Origin: Candidatus Flemingiibacterium sp.
GTDB lineage: Bacteria; Bacillota; Clostridia; Oscillospirales; CAG-272
Assembly: GCA_045635785.1 (NCBI GenBank)
Contig: JAZTWJ010000107.1
Span: 3,497 to 67,496 of the forward strand
Direction: 5' to 3'
Length of the DNA: 64,000 bases
Shown here: piece after piece, positions 10,120 through 18,300 of the stretch
How positions within the stretch are numbered: the stretch's first letter is position 1
Layout: each line of letters opens with the position of its first letter
The notes under the pieces: generated by a model
What the model saw: only the letters and a program-made list of their open reading frames with translations
Databases searched by the model: none
What the model was told of the DNA's origin: nothing
Program-made: the position numbers and the translations under genes

Positions 10120-11952
10120 TCAGTCTTCACAGAGGAAGAAGCGCTCGTACCATACAAGAAAAACGTATACGGTCCAAAGGCGACGACAGTTATTCTCCTT
10201 GCCGTCGCGATGTGCATCCAGCAGACGCACCAGCATATCCGTATCGAAAAATTCCTTTGCCGCGTTTGAACACAGCATCTTCCGCATGCGATTGTAATAT
10301 TTTTCTTCTTTGATCCAATACCGCATGGGAACGGGGAATCCCATCTTCTTGCGATCCGCCCATTCATCGGGCAAGGTCAGATTTGCCGCGCGCCGGAAGA
10401 TATATTTTGTATTTTTGCCGTTGATTTTGTATTCGTGGGGAAGCTTTGCGGCATGCTCCATCACCCTGCGGTCAAGGAATGGCACGCGAAGCTCCAGCGA
10501 ATGCGCCATGGACATCTTGTCCGCTTTGAGCAGAATATCGCCCGGCAGCCACAGATTGAGATCCAGATACTGCTTTTTATCAAGCTCCGATTTGCCCTTG
10601 ACACGGGCATAGATGGGCGCTGTAATCTCCTTGACAGAGGGACCGCCGCGATAGGCGGGCTTCAATACCGCCAGCGCGTCCTTTTCTTCCCAAACCTTCG
10701 CCTGACCGATGAAATAATCCTCGGGATTGCCGCTGGATTGGATGATAAAATCATGCCCCTTGAAATAGGGCAGCTTTTTTGCCAAAGCCGCCGCCGCCAC
10801 GCGAAGGGGCTTTGGGATACGTTTGTATCTTTGCATCATCGGGGTTTCATCGTACCATTCGTAGCCTGCGTAAATTTCGTCCGCGCCCTCTCCGGACAGC
10901 ACCACCGTCACATGCTCTCTTGCCAGCTTTGCAAGAAACCACAGCGGAACGGAGGAGAGATTGGAGTGCGGCTCATCCATATGATATTGGATCTCGGAAA
11001 GTGCGTCAAAGCACTCGTCTGCCGTGATCAGCTTGCGATAATTTTCCACGCCCAGCTTTTTTGAAAGCTCGGCGGCATAATCGGTCTCGTTGAATTTTTC
11101 ATAGGCAAAGCCCACGGAAAAGGTTTTATCGGGCATCAGGCAGGCGGTGATATAGGATGAATCCACGCCTCCCGACAAAAATGAGCCTACCTTCACGTCG
11201 GAAATGCGATGCGCTTCCACGGACTCGTGAACGATGTCATCAATTTGCTTGACATAGGTATCGAAATCGCCCTTTTCTTCGGTAAAATCCGCATCCCAAT
11301 AGCGCGTGATCTGCATTTCTCCTCCGATTTTCAAAAGGAAGCGATGCGCGGGCGGCAGCTTGAACACGCCCTCAAAAAAGGTTTCTTCCATCGATGAATA
11401 CTGGAAGGTGAGATAGGGACGCAAAGCGTTTCGATTGAGCTTTTTTACGAAATCGGGGTGTTCGAGGAAGGATTTGATTTCCGAACCGAACAGGTATCCA
11501 TCGTTCGTTTTATAATAATAGAACGGCTTGATGCCGAAATAATCCCTTGCGCCATAGAGGATTTGCTGCTTATTATCGTAGATGACGAACGCGAACATTC
11601 CGCGCAGCTTACTTGCCAGATCCACGCCGTATTTTTCCCAGCCATGGACAAGAATTTCCGTATCGGAGCGCGTACGGAAGGTATGTCCATCCGATTCCAG
11701 CTCCGTTTTGATTTCCATGAAATTATAAATTTCACCGTTGAAGATGACAGCGATGCTTTCATCCTCATTGAACATCGGCTGTGAGCCGCCGTCAAGGTCG
11801 ATGATGGAGAGTCTTCTGAAACCGAGCGCGACATTTTCATCCGTGAACATACCTGCGGAATCGGGGCCGCGATGGATGATGCGGTTCATCATTCGCTCCA
11901 GTATTTCTTTTTTCTTTTCCTGCTTCCCTGCGAAGCCGGCAAATCCACACAT
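10120..11952 (-). CDS. asnB: asparagine synthase (glutamine-hydrolysing) family amidotransferase
   Basis: 610 aa. N-terminal MCG nucleophile Cys, RGPD motif, PP-loop SGGVDSS. Confidence 0.9.
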   Translation of the reverse strand: MCGFAGFAGKQEKKKEILERMMNRIIHRGPDSAGMFTDENVALGFRRLSIIDLDGGSQPMFNEDESIAVIFNGEIYNFMEIKTELESDGHTFRTRSDTEILVHGWEKYGVDLASKLRGMFAFVIYDNKQQILYGARDYFGIKPFYYYKTNDGYLFGSEIKSFLEHPDFVKKLNRNALRPYLTFQYSSMEETFFEGVFKLPPAHRFLLKIGGEMQITRYWDADFTEEKGDFDTYVKQIDDIVHESVEAHRISDVKVGSFLSGGVDSSYITACLMPDKTFSVGFAYEKFNETDYAAELSKKLGVENYRKLITADECFDALSEIQYHMDEPHSNLSSVPLWFLAKLAREHVTVVLSGEGADEIYAGYEWYDETPMMQRYKRIPKPLRVAAAALAKKLPYFKGHDFIIQSSGNPEDYFIGQAKVWEEKDALAVLKPAYRGGPSVKEITAPIYARVKGKSELDKKQYLDLNLWLPGDILLKADKMSMAHSLELRVPFLDRRVMEHAAKLPHEYKINGKNTKYIFRRAANLTLPDEWADRKKMGFPVPMRYWIKEEKYYNRMRKMLCSNAAKEFFDTDMLVRLLDAHRDGKENNCRRLWTVYVFLVWYERFFLCED

Positions 11953-12144
11953 AGTTGTTCTCCATTTATACTCTTTTAGTGAAAATCACACAAGGGAGCG
12001 TGAGCTTCCCTTGCCATGAAAAATCTGCATAACATTTCAATTTTGATTTTCTTAATATTATAGCACAGTTTGTTCGAAAAATAAAGCATTTTCTGTTAAT
12101 TTTTGCTTGCTTTTTCAAGTTTTGGCCGGCTACACCGATTGCTG

Positions 12145-12894
12145 CTACTCCTCGTCGGAAAATTTCATCAGCTTCACTTCTTTGTAACCGTCGATACCGG
12201 CTTTTTGCAGAGCACCGAAAATCCGATGCCGAAGCCCCTTGTTTTGGCGTTCCAAACTCACAAGAAGTTGCTTCATGCTTTCTCGCTCGGTATTTTTATC
12301 CGCAGGGCACGGCGATGTGATAATCGGCAGCGGATGACGATTGGCAAAATAGCGCACATCCTTCTCCTGTGCATATAAGAGCGGGCGTATCATCGTCAGA
12401 TTCTTTCTCGACAGATATGTCACAGGGGAGAAGGAACCGAGCCGTCCTTCGAAAAACAAATTCAGCATGAAAGTATCCACCACATCATCGAAGTGATGGC
12501 CAAGTGCCAGCTTATTGCAATTCTGCCGCTTGCACTCGTCATGCAAAGCACCGCGCCGCATTTTTGCACAAAGTCCGCACGGATTTTTCTCCTTGCGAAC
12601 ATCAAAGACAATACGCGCAATTTGTGTTTTTGTGACGATATACGGTACGTCCAACTCTTTGCAGAGCGCTTCCACTTCACGAAAGTCCACCCCTTCAAAG
12701 CCCATGTCCACCGTTATGGCGACAAGCTCGAATTTTTTCGGATAGAATCGCCTCAGCTCCGCCAGCGCAAACAACAGCGTCAAAGAATCCTTACCGCCCG
12801 AGATTCCGACACCGATACGGTCGCCGTCCTCGATCATGTTGTAATCATCCACCGCACGTCTTGTAAATGAGAGGATGCGTTTGATTTCTTTCAT
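12145..12894 (-). CDS. ttcA: PP-loop ATPase, TtcA-like tRNA 2-thiocytidine biosynthesis family
   Basis: 249 aa. SGGKDS PP-loop plus Cys motifs (NPCGLC, SPCP). Confidence 0.82.
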   Translation of the reverse strand: MKEIKRILSFTRRAVDDYNMIEDGDRIGVGISGGKDSLTLLFALAELRRFYPKKFELVAITVDMGFEGVDFREVEALCKELDVPYIVTKTQIARIVFDVRKEKNPCGLCAKMRRGALHDECKRQNCNKLALGHHFDDVVDTFMLNLFFEGRLGSFSPVTYLSRKNLTMIRPLLYAQEKDVRYFANRHPLPIITSPCPADKNTERESMKQLLVSLERQNKGLRHRIFGALQKAGIDGYKEVKLMKFSDEE

Positions 12895-12933
12895 AATCTA
12901 TTCAAGCCTTTGTCTGACAAAGGCTCCCTTTCT
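12895..12933 (-). promoter_or_regulatory. SD / anti-SD / SD leader hairpin in front of ttcA
   Basis: Sense: AGAAAGGGaGCCTTTGtcagaCAAAGGCttgaatagattATG. Same layout as the other copies, but with a different stem sequence. Confidence 0.45.
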
Positions 12934-13021
12934 AAAAGCAAGTGATATTAAACCGCTTCATAAAAGCGGCGGGGCAAGCATATCATAAAATGAATACATA
13001 ACAGCGTTTGCGGCTTTACTT

Positions 13022-13108
13022 TGGTCAAAAACCACGATTTTGCCGTGCAAATCAAGCCCAAAGGGGCAGAAAGGTAGCTTTCGCCCGAGCGAAAGCCATG
13101 GTTATTCT
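13022..13108 (+). promoter_or_regulatory. structured 5' leader (copy D of the conserved leader)
   Basis: TGGTcaaaaACCAcgaTTTTGCcgtgcaaatcAAGCCCaaaGGGGcAGAAAGGtaGCTTTCGCccgaGCGAAAGCcatggttattctATG. Confidence 0.45.
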
Positions 13109-13669
13109 ATGCCGAAAGTTTTTATTGATCAGGGACACAATCCCGTAAATCCCAACGCGGGCGCGGAGGGAAACGGACTGCGTGAGCAGGACATCACCTA
13201 CCGTATCGGCATCCTTCTCGCGGAGATATTAAACAACAATCCGAATTTTGAGGCTCGCACATCAAGAAATTCTCCCACCGAGCAGATTGGCACGTCAAAA
13301 TCCTCGTCTCTCGCCACCCGTGTATCCGAAGCCAATGCGTGGGATGCGGATATTTTCCTCAGCCTGCACACAAATGCCTCTGCGAATCCCACCGCCACGG
13401 GAGTGGAATCCTTTTCCTATGCCAGAGGAACCAATGGCTTTCGTCTTGCCGAGGACGTGGCGGAAAATCTCGCGCTCATCACGGGACTTCCGAATCGGGG
13501 CACATTTCCCCGCCCCTCTCTGTACGTTCTCCGCCGCACCGAAATGCCGGCGGCGCTCATTGAAATGGGCTTCATCACAAATCCCGGTGATGCCGCACTC
13601 ATGGAGAACCAGCCGGATCTGTTTGCCCTTGGCATTTATAACGGAATTCTCGAATATTTCGCATTGTAG
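13109..13669 (+). CDS. N-acetylmuramoyl-L-alanine amidase (Amidase_3 family, CwlD-like size)
   Basis: FIDQGHN, SLHTNA and EMGFITN motifs. Start moved to ATG 13109; the track ORF from 13040 would read through the leader hairpin. Confidence 0.82.
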   Translation: MPKVFIDQGHNPVNPNAGAEGNGLREQDITYRIGILLAEILNNNPNFEARTSRNSPTEQIGTSKSSSLATRVSEANAWDADIFLSLHTNASANPTATGVESFSYARGTNGFRLAEDVAENLALITGLPNRGTFPRPSLYVLRRTEMPAALIEMGFITNPGDAALMENQPDLFALGIYNGILEYFAL

Positions 13670-13730
13670 CGGGACATACTAAAACCAAACGGATGCAGGC
13701 GTCATTTGCGCTTTGCATCCTCTTTGATAT

Positions 13731-15155
13731 TTGGAGATGTTCATGAAAAAATTCAGTGAAAGCTACGATGAAAATGCCGCAACGCTCGACAGCATATTCA
13801 AAATCGGAACCAATTACGATTTTATCGGGCGCGAGCGCATCATTGGCGGACGCCGCGCGCGCATGTATTTTATCGACAGCTTTGTCAATTCCAATGTGGT
13901 TGACAGACTGTTCGTGTATTTTGCCGAGCTTGATGAAATGGATTCGCCCGAGGGTGCGATGGCAGTTGCGGCGAAATACATGCCGCATACCGAGGCATCG
14001 GTATCAGATGATATGGACCAATTCGTCACCTCTGTTTTAAGCGGAACCATGGGGATCATCATTGATGGATTTGGTGCAGAAGGTATTTTGATGGATGTGC
14101 GCTTTTATCCCGCGAGGTCCGTGAGCCAATCGGAAAATGACCGCGTACTGCGCGGCGCGCACGATTCCTTTATCGAAACCGTCAAGATGAATTCCACGCT
14201 CATCCGCCGACGCATTCGCGATCCGCACCTGACCTTTGAGCGTTTTACCGTGGGCGAGGAATCGAAAACCGACGTGGTGCTTGCCTATATTGACGGAAAG
14301 GCGGAACCTTCTTATGTGGAAGAAATTCGCCGCCGATTATCCTCCATTCGCGTGCATGCGCTGACACTCGGTCAGCAAAGTCTTGCGGAATGCCTGATCC
14401 CACGCGGATTTCTGAATCCCTTCCCCAAATTCCGCTGTACGGAGCGCCCCGACAATGCGGCGGCGCATCTTTTGGAAGGCTTTGTGATCCTTTTATGCGA
14501 CACCTCGCCCGAGGCGATGATCCTGCCCACCTCCATTTTTGATTTTATGCAGGAGACGGACGACTATTATTTTCCGCCGTTTACGGGCAGTTATTTACGA
14601 CTTTTGCGATATGTGGTATTTCTTTTGACTCTGCTTCTCACGCCCACATGGTATTTGCTGATAACGCACACCGAGTGGGTTCCCGATGCCCTGAATTTCA
14701 TTCTCATCGACACCGAGGCAAATCTGCCCATTATCGTCCAGCTATTTATTATAGAATTTGCCCTTGACGGCTTGAAGCTTGCTTCTTTGAATACACCGTC
14801 CTCGCTGAACAATACCTTTGGTGTGGTCGGCGGTTTGATCCTCGGCGATTTTGCCGTTCAAATCGGATGGTTTGTGCCCGAGGTCATCGTTTATATGGCT
14901 TTTGTTGCCATTGCCAACTTCACACAGTCAAGCTATGAGCTTGGCTATGCCTTCAAGTTTATGCGGATGGTTTTGCTTGCCTGCACCGCGATCGGCGGCT
15001 TATGGGGCTATATCGGCGGACTGATTCTCAATACAGCTTGGCTCGTCACAACACCCACATTGAACGGCAAGCGGAACTATCTTTATCCACTCATTCCGTT
15101 TGATGCGCGCGCCATGCGAAATTTGCTCCTTCGCATGCGCTTAAAAACCAAATAG
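13731..15155 (+). CDS. spore germination protein, GerA / SpoVAF family (A-subunit type)
   Basis: 474 aa. Soluble N-domain plus a C-terminal multi-TM region typical of GerA-family A subunits. TTG start in track; ATG alternatives lie 2 and 4 codons in. Confidence 0.82.
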   Translation: MEMFMKKFSESYDENAATLDSIFKIGTNYDFIGRERIIGGRRARMYFIDSFVNSNVVDRLFVYFAELDEMDSPEGAMAVAAKYMPHTEASVSDDMDQFVTSVLSGTMGIIIDGFGAEGILMDVRFYPARSVSQSENDRVLRGAHDSFIETVKMNSTLIRRRIRDPHLTFERFTVGEESKTDVVLAYIDGKAEPSYVEEIRRRLSSIRVHALTLGQQSLAECLIPRGFLNPFPKFRCTERPDNAAAHLLEGFVILLCDTSPEAMILPTSIFDFMQETDDYYFPPFTGSYLRLLRYVVFLLTLLLTPTWYLLITHTEWVPDALNFILIDTEANLPIIVQLFIIEFALDGLKLASLNTPSSLNNTFGVVGGLILGDFAVQIGWFVPEVIVYMAFVAIANFTQSSYELGYAFKFMRMVLLACTAIGGLWGYIGGLILNTAWLVTTPTLNGKRNYLYPLIPFDARAMRNLLLRMRLKTK

Positions 15156-15358
15156 CCCGCAACTCTTCTTTATCCAACAAACGATTTCGATGCTCCCCGT
15201 CGCCGGAATGGTGCGGGGCCATGCAGGCGACGGCCCTCTATCGCCCGCGTTGTTCGCACAAACATCCCCCACGCAGTCGCACACTCCTCGTGCGGAGCGC
15301 TGCATATCCGAGACGGAATCACTGCCGAAGTACCGCAAAAATAGCCTCTTATTAAAGT

Positions 15359-15421
15359 CTTTGCGGAGCTTTCTTCAGAAAGCGACCGTTTCCTCTTTGC
15401 GGAGCTTTCTTCAGAAAGCGC
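15359..15421. repeat. two copies of a 27-nt unit (36-nt period), each carrying a GCTTTC-ttca-GAAAGC hairpin
   Basis: TCTTTGCGGAGCTTTCTTCAGAAAGCG occurs at 15359-15385 and 15395-15421. The second copy is followed by CTCCTTTTTT (terminator-like). Confidence 0.8.
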
Positions 15422-15451
15422 CCGCATCTCCTTTTTTCGGAATCCCTCGGA

Positions 15452-16621
15452 TTACTGAATCACTGTAGACTCCTTCATCGCAGTTGTACAAATTTGGAAG
15501 AAGGTTTTGCCGCGATTGACAAGAAGCGGCTCGCCGTTTGCGGAGAAAAGCTTCACGGGAACATCTTCCGATGCTTTTGACCAAGAGATTTCCTCGTAGC
15601 CGCCCGCGGTGAGATAATAGCCTTCGCCTTTGCCTGTGGTAATGACGTCCATGTGATTATAGCTGTCGCCCACAGATTTTGTGGGACAGTAAAGCACAAG
15701 AATATTGGTGAAAGAAAGCTGCTTATCAGCGGTATTATCCATGTGAGGAACGCCGAGAAATTGCTCGCGGTAATAGACGCCTTCTTCCGCATTATATTTG
15801 AAGTTTGGCATATGAACATTGGAATATGTGACTTGGAGGAAGGCGGCATTGCCGCCTTCGGGCACGCGCACCTCGCCATAGGGGACAAAGTCTAACGGAG
15901 AATCAAAACCGTCCTTTAACGCTGTATTATATTTGCAGAATCGGATCCCCTCAGCGATTCGTGCGCCGTCTGTCATCAGGCTATGCTCATATCCCATATT
16001 GGCGCGTCGCCATGCGTCACGGTAGAACATATTGGGCAAGTACATATTTACGCCGTCCAGATTGTCAACCTTGCGCGATTTGATCTCGACGTACGCCTGC
16101 GTGGAGCCGCCAGCATGAACATACAGCGCATTGTGATTTGCCGCAAAATCAAGGTAATACTCTCTTGAGGAGCGCACCGAACCTACAACAGGCAGACTTT
16201 CGTAATCCGACACGACCATCATCAGTCTTGTCTGCAAGCCTTCCACTACGCATTCATACATGATGTCCGCGTAGGAAACGCCCTCCTGCGGTGTTGCCAC
16301 GCGGATATTGTTGATCATAATTGCCGTCGGTCTCTGCAAGGACAAATCCTTTTGCGCTTCAAGACCTGTCAGCGGATTCAAAAATTCCGGAACTTCTATG
16401 GGAGCCGCGGTCGTTTCCGCAGGTTCTGTTGTTTCGGGCGCGCTTGTTGTTTCGGGTGGTATTGGTTCGGGAACGGTGACAATGTCGAATATCTTGGTCG
16501 CCGTGGTGGCATCGGTCGTTTCGTTTTGGCTTGCGGCAGCACCGCAGCTGTTCATAGAAATGCTCGCCGCAAGCAGCGCCGCAAACAGCAATGCCGCCGT
16601 TTTATTTGTGAAATTACGCAT
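15452..16621 (-). CDS. DUF3048 (YerB-like) lipoprotein
   Basis: 389 aa. Signal peptide with lipobox-like SMNSC, a T/E/P-rich linker, then a DUF3048-type core (PTAIMINN...YECVVEG). Confidence 0.78.
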   Translation of the reverse strand: MRNFTNKTAALLFAALLAASISMNSCGAAASQNETTDATTATKIFDIVTVPEPIPPETTSAPETTEPAETTAAPIEVPEFLNPLTGLEAQKDLSLQRPTAIMINNIRVATPQEGVSYADIMYECVVEGLQTRLMMVVSDYESLPVVGSVRSSREYYLDFAANHNALYVHAGGSTQAYVEIKSRKVDNLDGVNMYLPNMFYRDAWRRANMGYEHSLMTDGARIAEGIRFCKYNTALKDGFDSPLDFVPYGEVRVPEGGNAAFLQVTYSNVHMPNFKYNAEEGVYYREQFLGVPHMDNTADKQLSFTNILVLYCPTKSVGDSYNHMDVITTGKGEGYYLTAGGYEEISWSKASEDVPVKLFSANGEPLLVNRGKTFFQICTTAMKESTVIQ

Positions 16622-16893
16622 GTTTTTCCTCTTTGTTCAGTTCAAATATATCCGTACTATCATTGCCTTTTGCCATACATCTGCATTTTTATTCGCCAAT
16701 GTGAAAAACTGATCGTTACCCTTCTATTATAATGCAAAATCGCAAAAATGTCAATCATAAAACGCCTCTAACGGGCATTTTTTTGATATTTAAATATTGT
16801 TATCTAATATAGTTTACAATTTATATGTAGAATTTTACTTTTGTTTATGGTAAAATATATATAATAAAAATTAGATTGGAGGAATTCAGCAGA

Positions 16894-17163
16894 ATGTCTG
16901 CAAATCATATGATCTATCTCGGCAAGCCGCTTGTACGGCAAGGTGCTCAGCTCTGCTGGGGATATCCCACCGATAAATACGTGCTTGTTCTAGGTATTCT
17001 TTCTACCAAAAAAGTCGGCAATGCCGACGTCCCCGATCAAATTCTTATCCAAATTCAGAGCACTGCGGATAAGAAGGTTGTTAAATTCGGTTCCAAAAAC
17101 GGCTTTGCCGAGGCTTTTGAGTATGGCTCGGCGTGGCTTGAATCCGAGCTTCGCAAGGCTTAA
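16894..17163 (+). CDS. hypothetical small protein (89 aa)
   Basis: ATG 16894 has GGAGGA 9-10 nt upstream. Very AT-rich promoter region 16730-16880. Clean terminator downstream. Confidence 0.55.
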   Translation: MSANHMIYLGKPLVRQGAQLCWGYPTDKYVLVLGILSTKKVGNADVPDQILIQIQSTADKKVVKFGSKNGFAEAFEYGSAWLESELRKA

Positions 17164-17219
17164 TGCGTTGCTTGATGGCTAAAAGGCTCTGTTATTTATC
17201 TTAAACACTCGCACCAAGC

Positions 17220-17247
17220 AAGGGCAAATCTTCGGATTTGCCCTTTT
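17220..17247 (+). terminator. intrinsic terminator
   Basis: AAGGGCAAATC-ttcg-GATTTGCCCTT followed by TTAT. Confidence 0.8.
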
Positions 17248-17261
17248 ATCATTAAAATATA

Positions 17262-17288
17262 CACCCCAAAAGCTTCTGCTTTGGGGTG
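17262..17288 (-). terminator. intrinsic terminator for the minus-strand small ORF
   Basis: CACCCCAAA-N9-TTTGGGGTG; the minus strand continues tatatttt. Confidence 0.55.
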
Positions 17289-17317
17289 CATACAATTTTC
17301 AGATGATATTTTTGCGA

Positions 17318-17562
17318 TTATTCTGCAGAATCTTCGTTTGCTTCATCTACGGGAGTCCGCTTTGCGTAGAGCTTGAAGCCCTTGCGCGTTTCGCGAACGG
17401 TGGAGAAATCGTAGAGCGTTGTCAGCTCGGGATCTAATTGAGGAAGAATGCGAAGAGTCCATCGTTCTTCTTTTCATCGGCTTTGAACATTGCGATGAAC
17501 GTGGTGTCTTCGTCAATTTCCATCTTTGAAAGATCCGGATGCTTATTCGTCAGATCTGACAT
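17318..17562 (-). pseudogene. small ORF split by a 1-nt frame change (42-aa head plus about 46-aa tail); pseudogene or sequencing indel
   Basis: ATG 17562 (GGGGAG upstream) reads MSDLTNKHPDLSKMEIDEDTTFIAMFKADEKKNDG... and stops at TAG 17434. A second frame continues ...LRILPQLDPELTTLYDFSTVRETRKGFKLYAKRTPVDEANEDSAE* with no start codon of its own. Total length is 245 nt. Confidence 0.35.
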
Positions 17563-17711
17563 AACTCCCCATTCAACATAAAAAAGGCTATAACATAACA
17601 AAGTCTATTCTGTAAATAATATAAATAAAATTTACGTTAATTGCAAGAGTTATTTCAAAGGAACTGTCGGAAAATATAAAATTTTTTATGCTTTTTCAGA
17701 AAAAACAACAA

Positions 17712-17752
17712 AAAGAGATACCGGCTGCATTTTGCTTTTGCCTGTATCTCTT
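17712..17752 (-). terminator. terminator after ppiB
   Basis: AGAGATACCGGC...GCCTGTATCTCT stem; T-run on the minus strand (plus-strand A-run 17701-17714). Confidence 0.6.
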
Positions 17753-17798
17753 TCTATTTGCAGAGTTTGACCGTCTGTCAATTTTTACCGAGAAGGAG

Positions 17799-18269
17799 TT
17801 AGATCAGAGTTACCTTCTTCATTCTCTGTTCCTTGATGGGTCTGTCACGGAAGTCCGTATCCACCGATGCAATTCTGTCCACAACATCCATACCTTCAAC
17901 CACGCAGCCGAATGCCGCATAATCGCCGTCAAGATATGCCACGTCCGCGTGACAGATGAAGAACTGTGAGCTTGCGCTGTCCTTCTTTTGGGAGCGTGCC
18001 ATGGAAACGGTGCCGCGGGTATGGCTGAGATTATTGGTCACGCCATTGGATTGGAACTCGCCCTTGATGGTTTCTCCGGAGCCGCTCATACCCGTTCCGA
18101 TGGGATCGCCGCCCTGAATCATAAAGCCCGCGATAACACGGTGGAAAATCAGCCCGTCATAGAATCCCTGCTTAACAAGCTTTTCAAAATTTGCGCATGT
18201 AATGGGAGCAACGGCGGGATAAAGCTCAATTTTGATAATACCGCCGGTTTCCATTTCAATCTGTACCAT
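17799..18269 (-). CDS. ppiB: peptidyl-prolyl cis-trans isomerase, cyclophilin type
   Basis: FHRVIAGFMIQGGDP cyclophilin signature. Start moved to ATG 18269, which has AGGAGA 7 nt upstream. Confidence 0.9.
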   Translation of the reverse strand: MVQIEMETGGIIKIELYPAVAPITCANFEKLVKQGFYDGLIFHRVIAGFMIQGGDPIGTGMSGSGETIKGEFQSNGVTNNLSHTRGTVSMARSQKKDSASSQFFICHADVAYLDGDYAAFGCVVEGMDVVDRIASVDTDFRDRPIKEQRMKKVTLI

Positions 18270-18300
18270 AATACTGTCTCCTTTTTTATTAAAAATATTT

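Noticed and set aside
15359-15421. Possible CRISPR array or minisatellite.
   Set aside because: There are only two repeat copies with a 9-nt gap, no spacer-sized unique inserts, and no cas genes in the window.
17434-17470. Programmed -1 ribosomal frameshift in the split small ORF.
   Set aside because: There is no X XXY YYZ slippery heptamer and no downstream pseudoknot or hairpin at the right distance. An indel or pseudogene is the simpler explanation.
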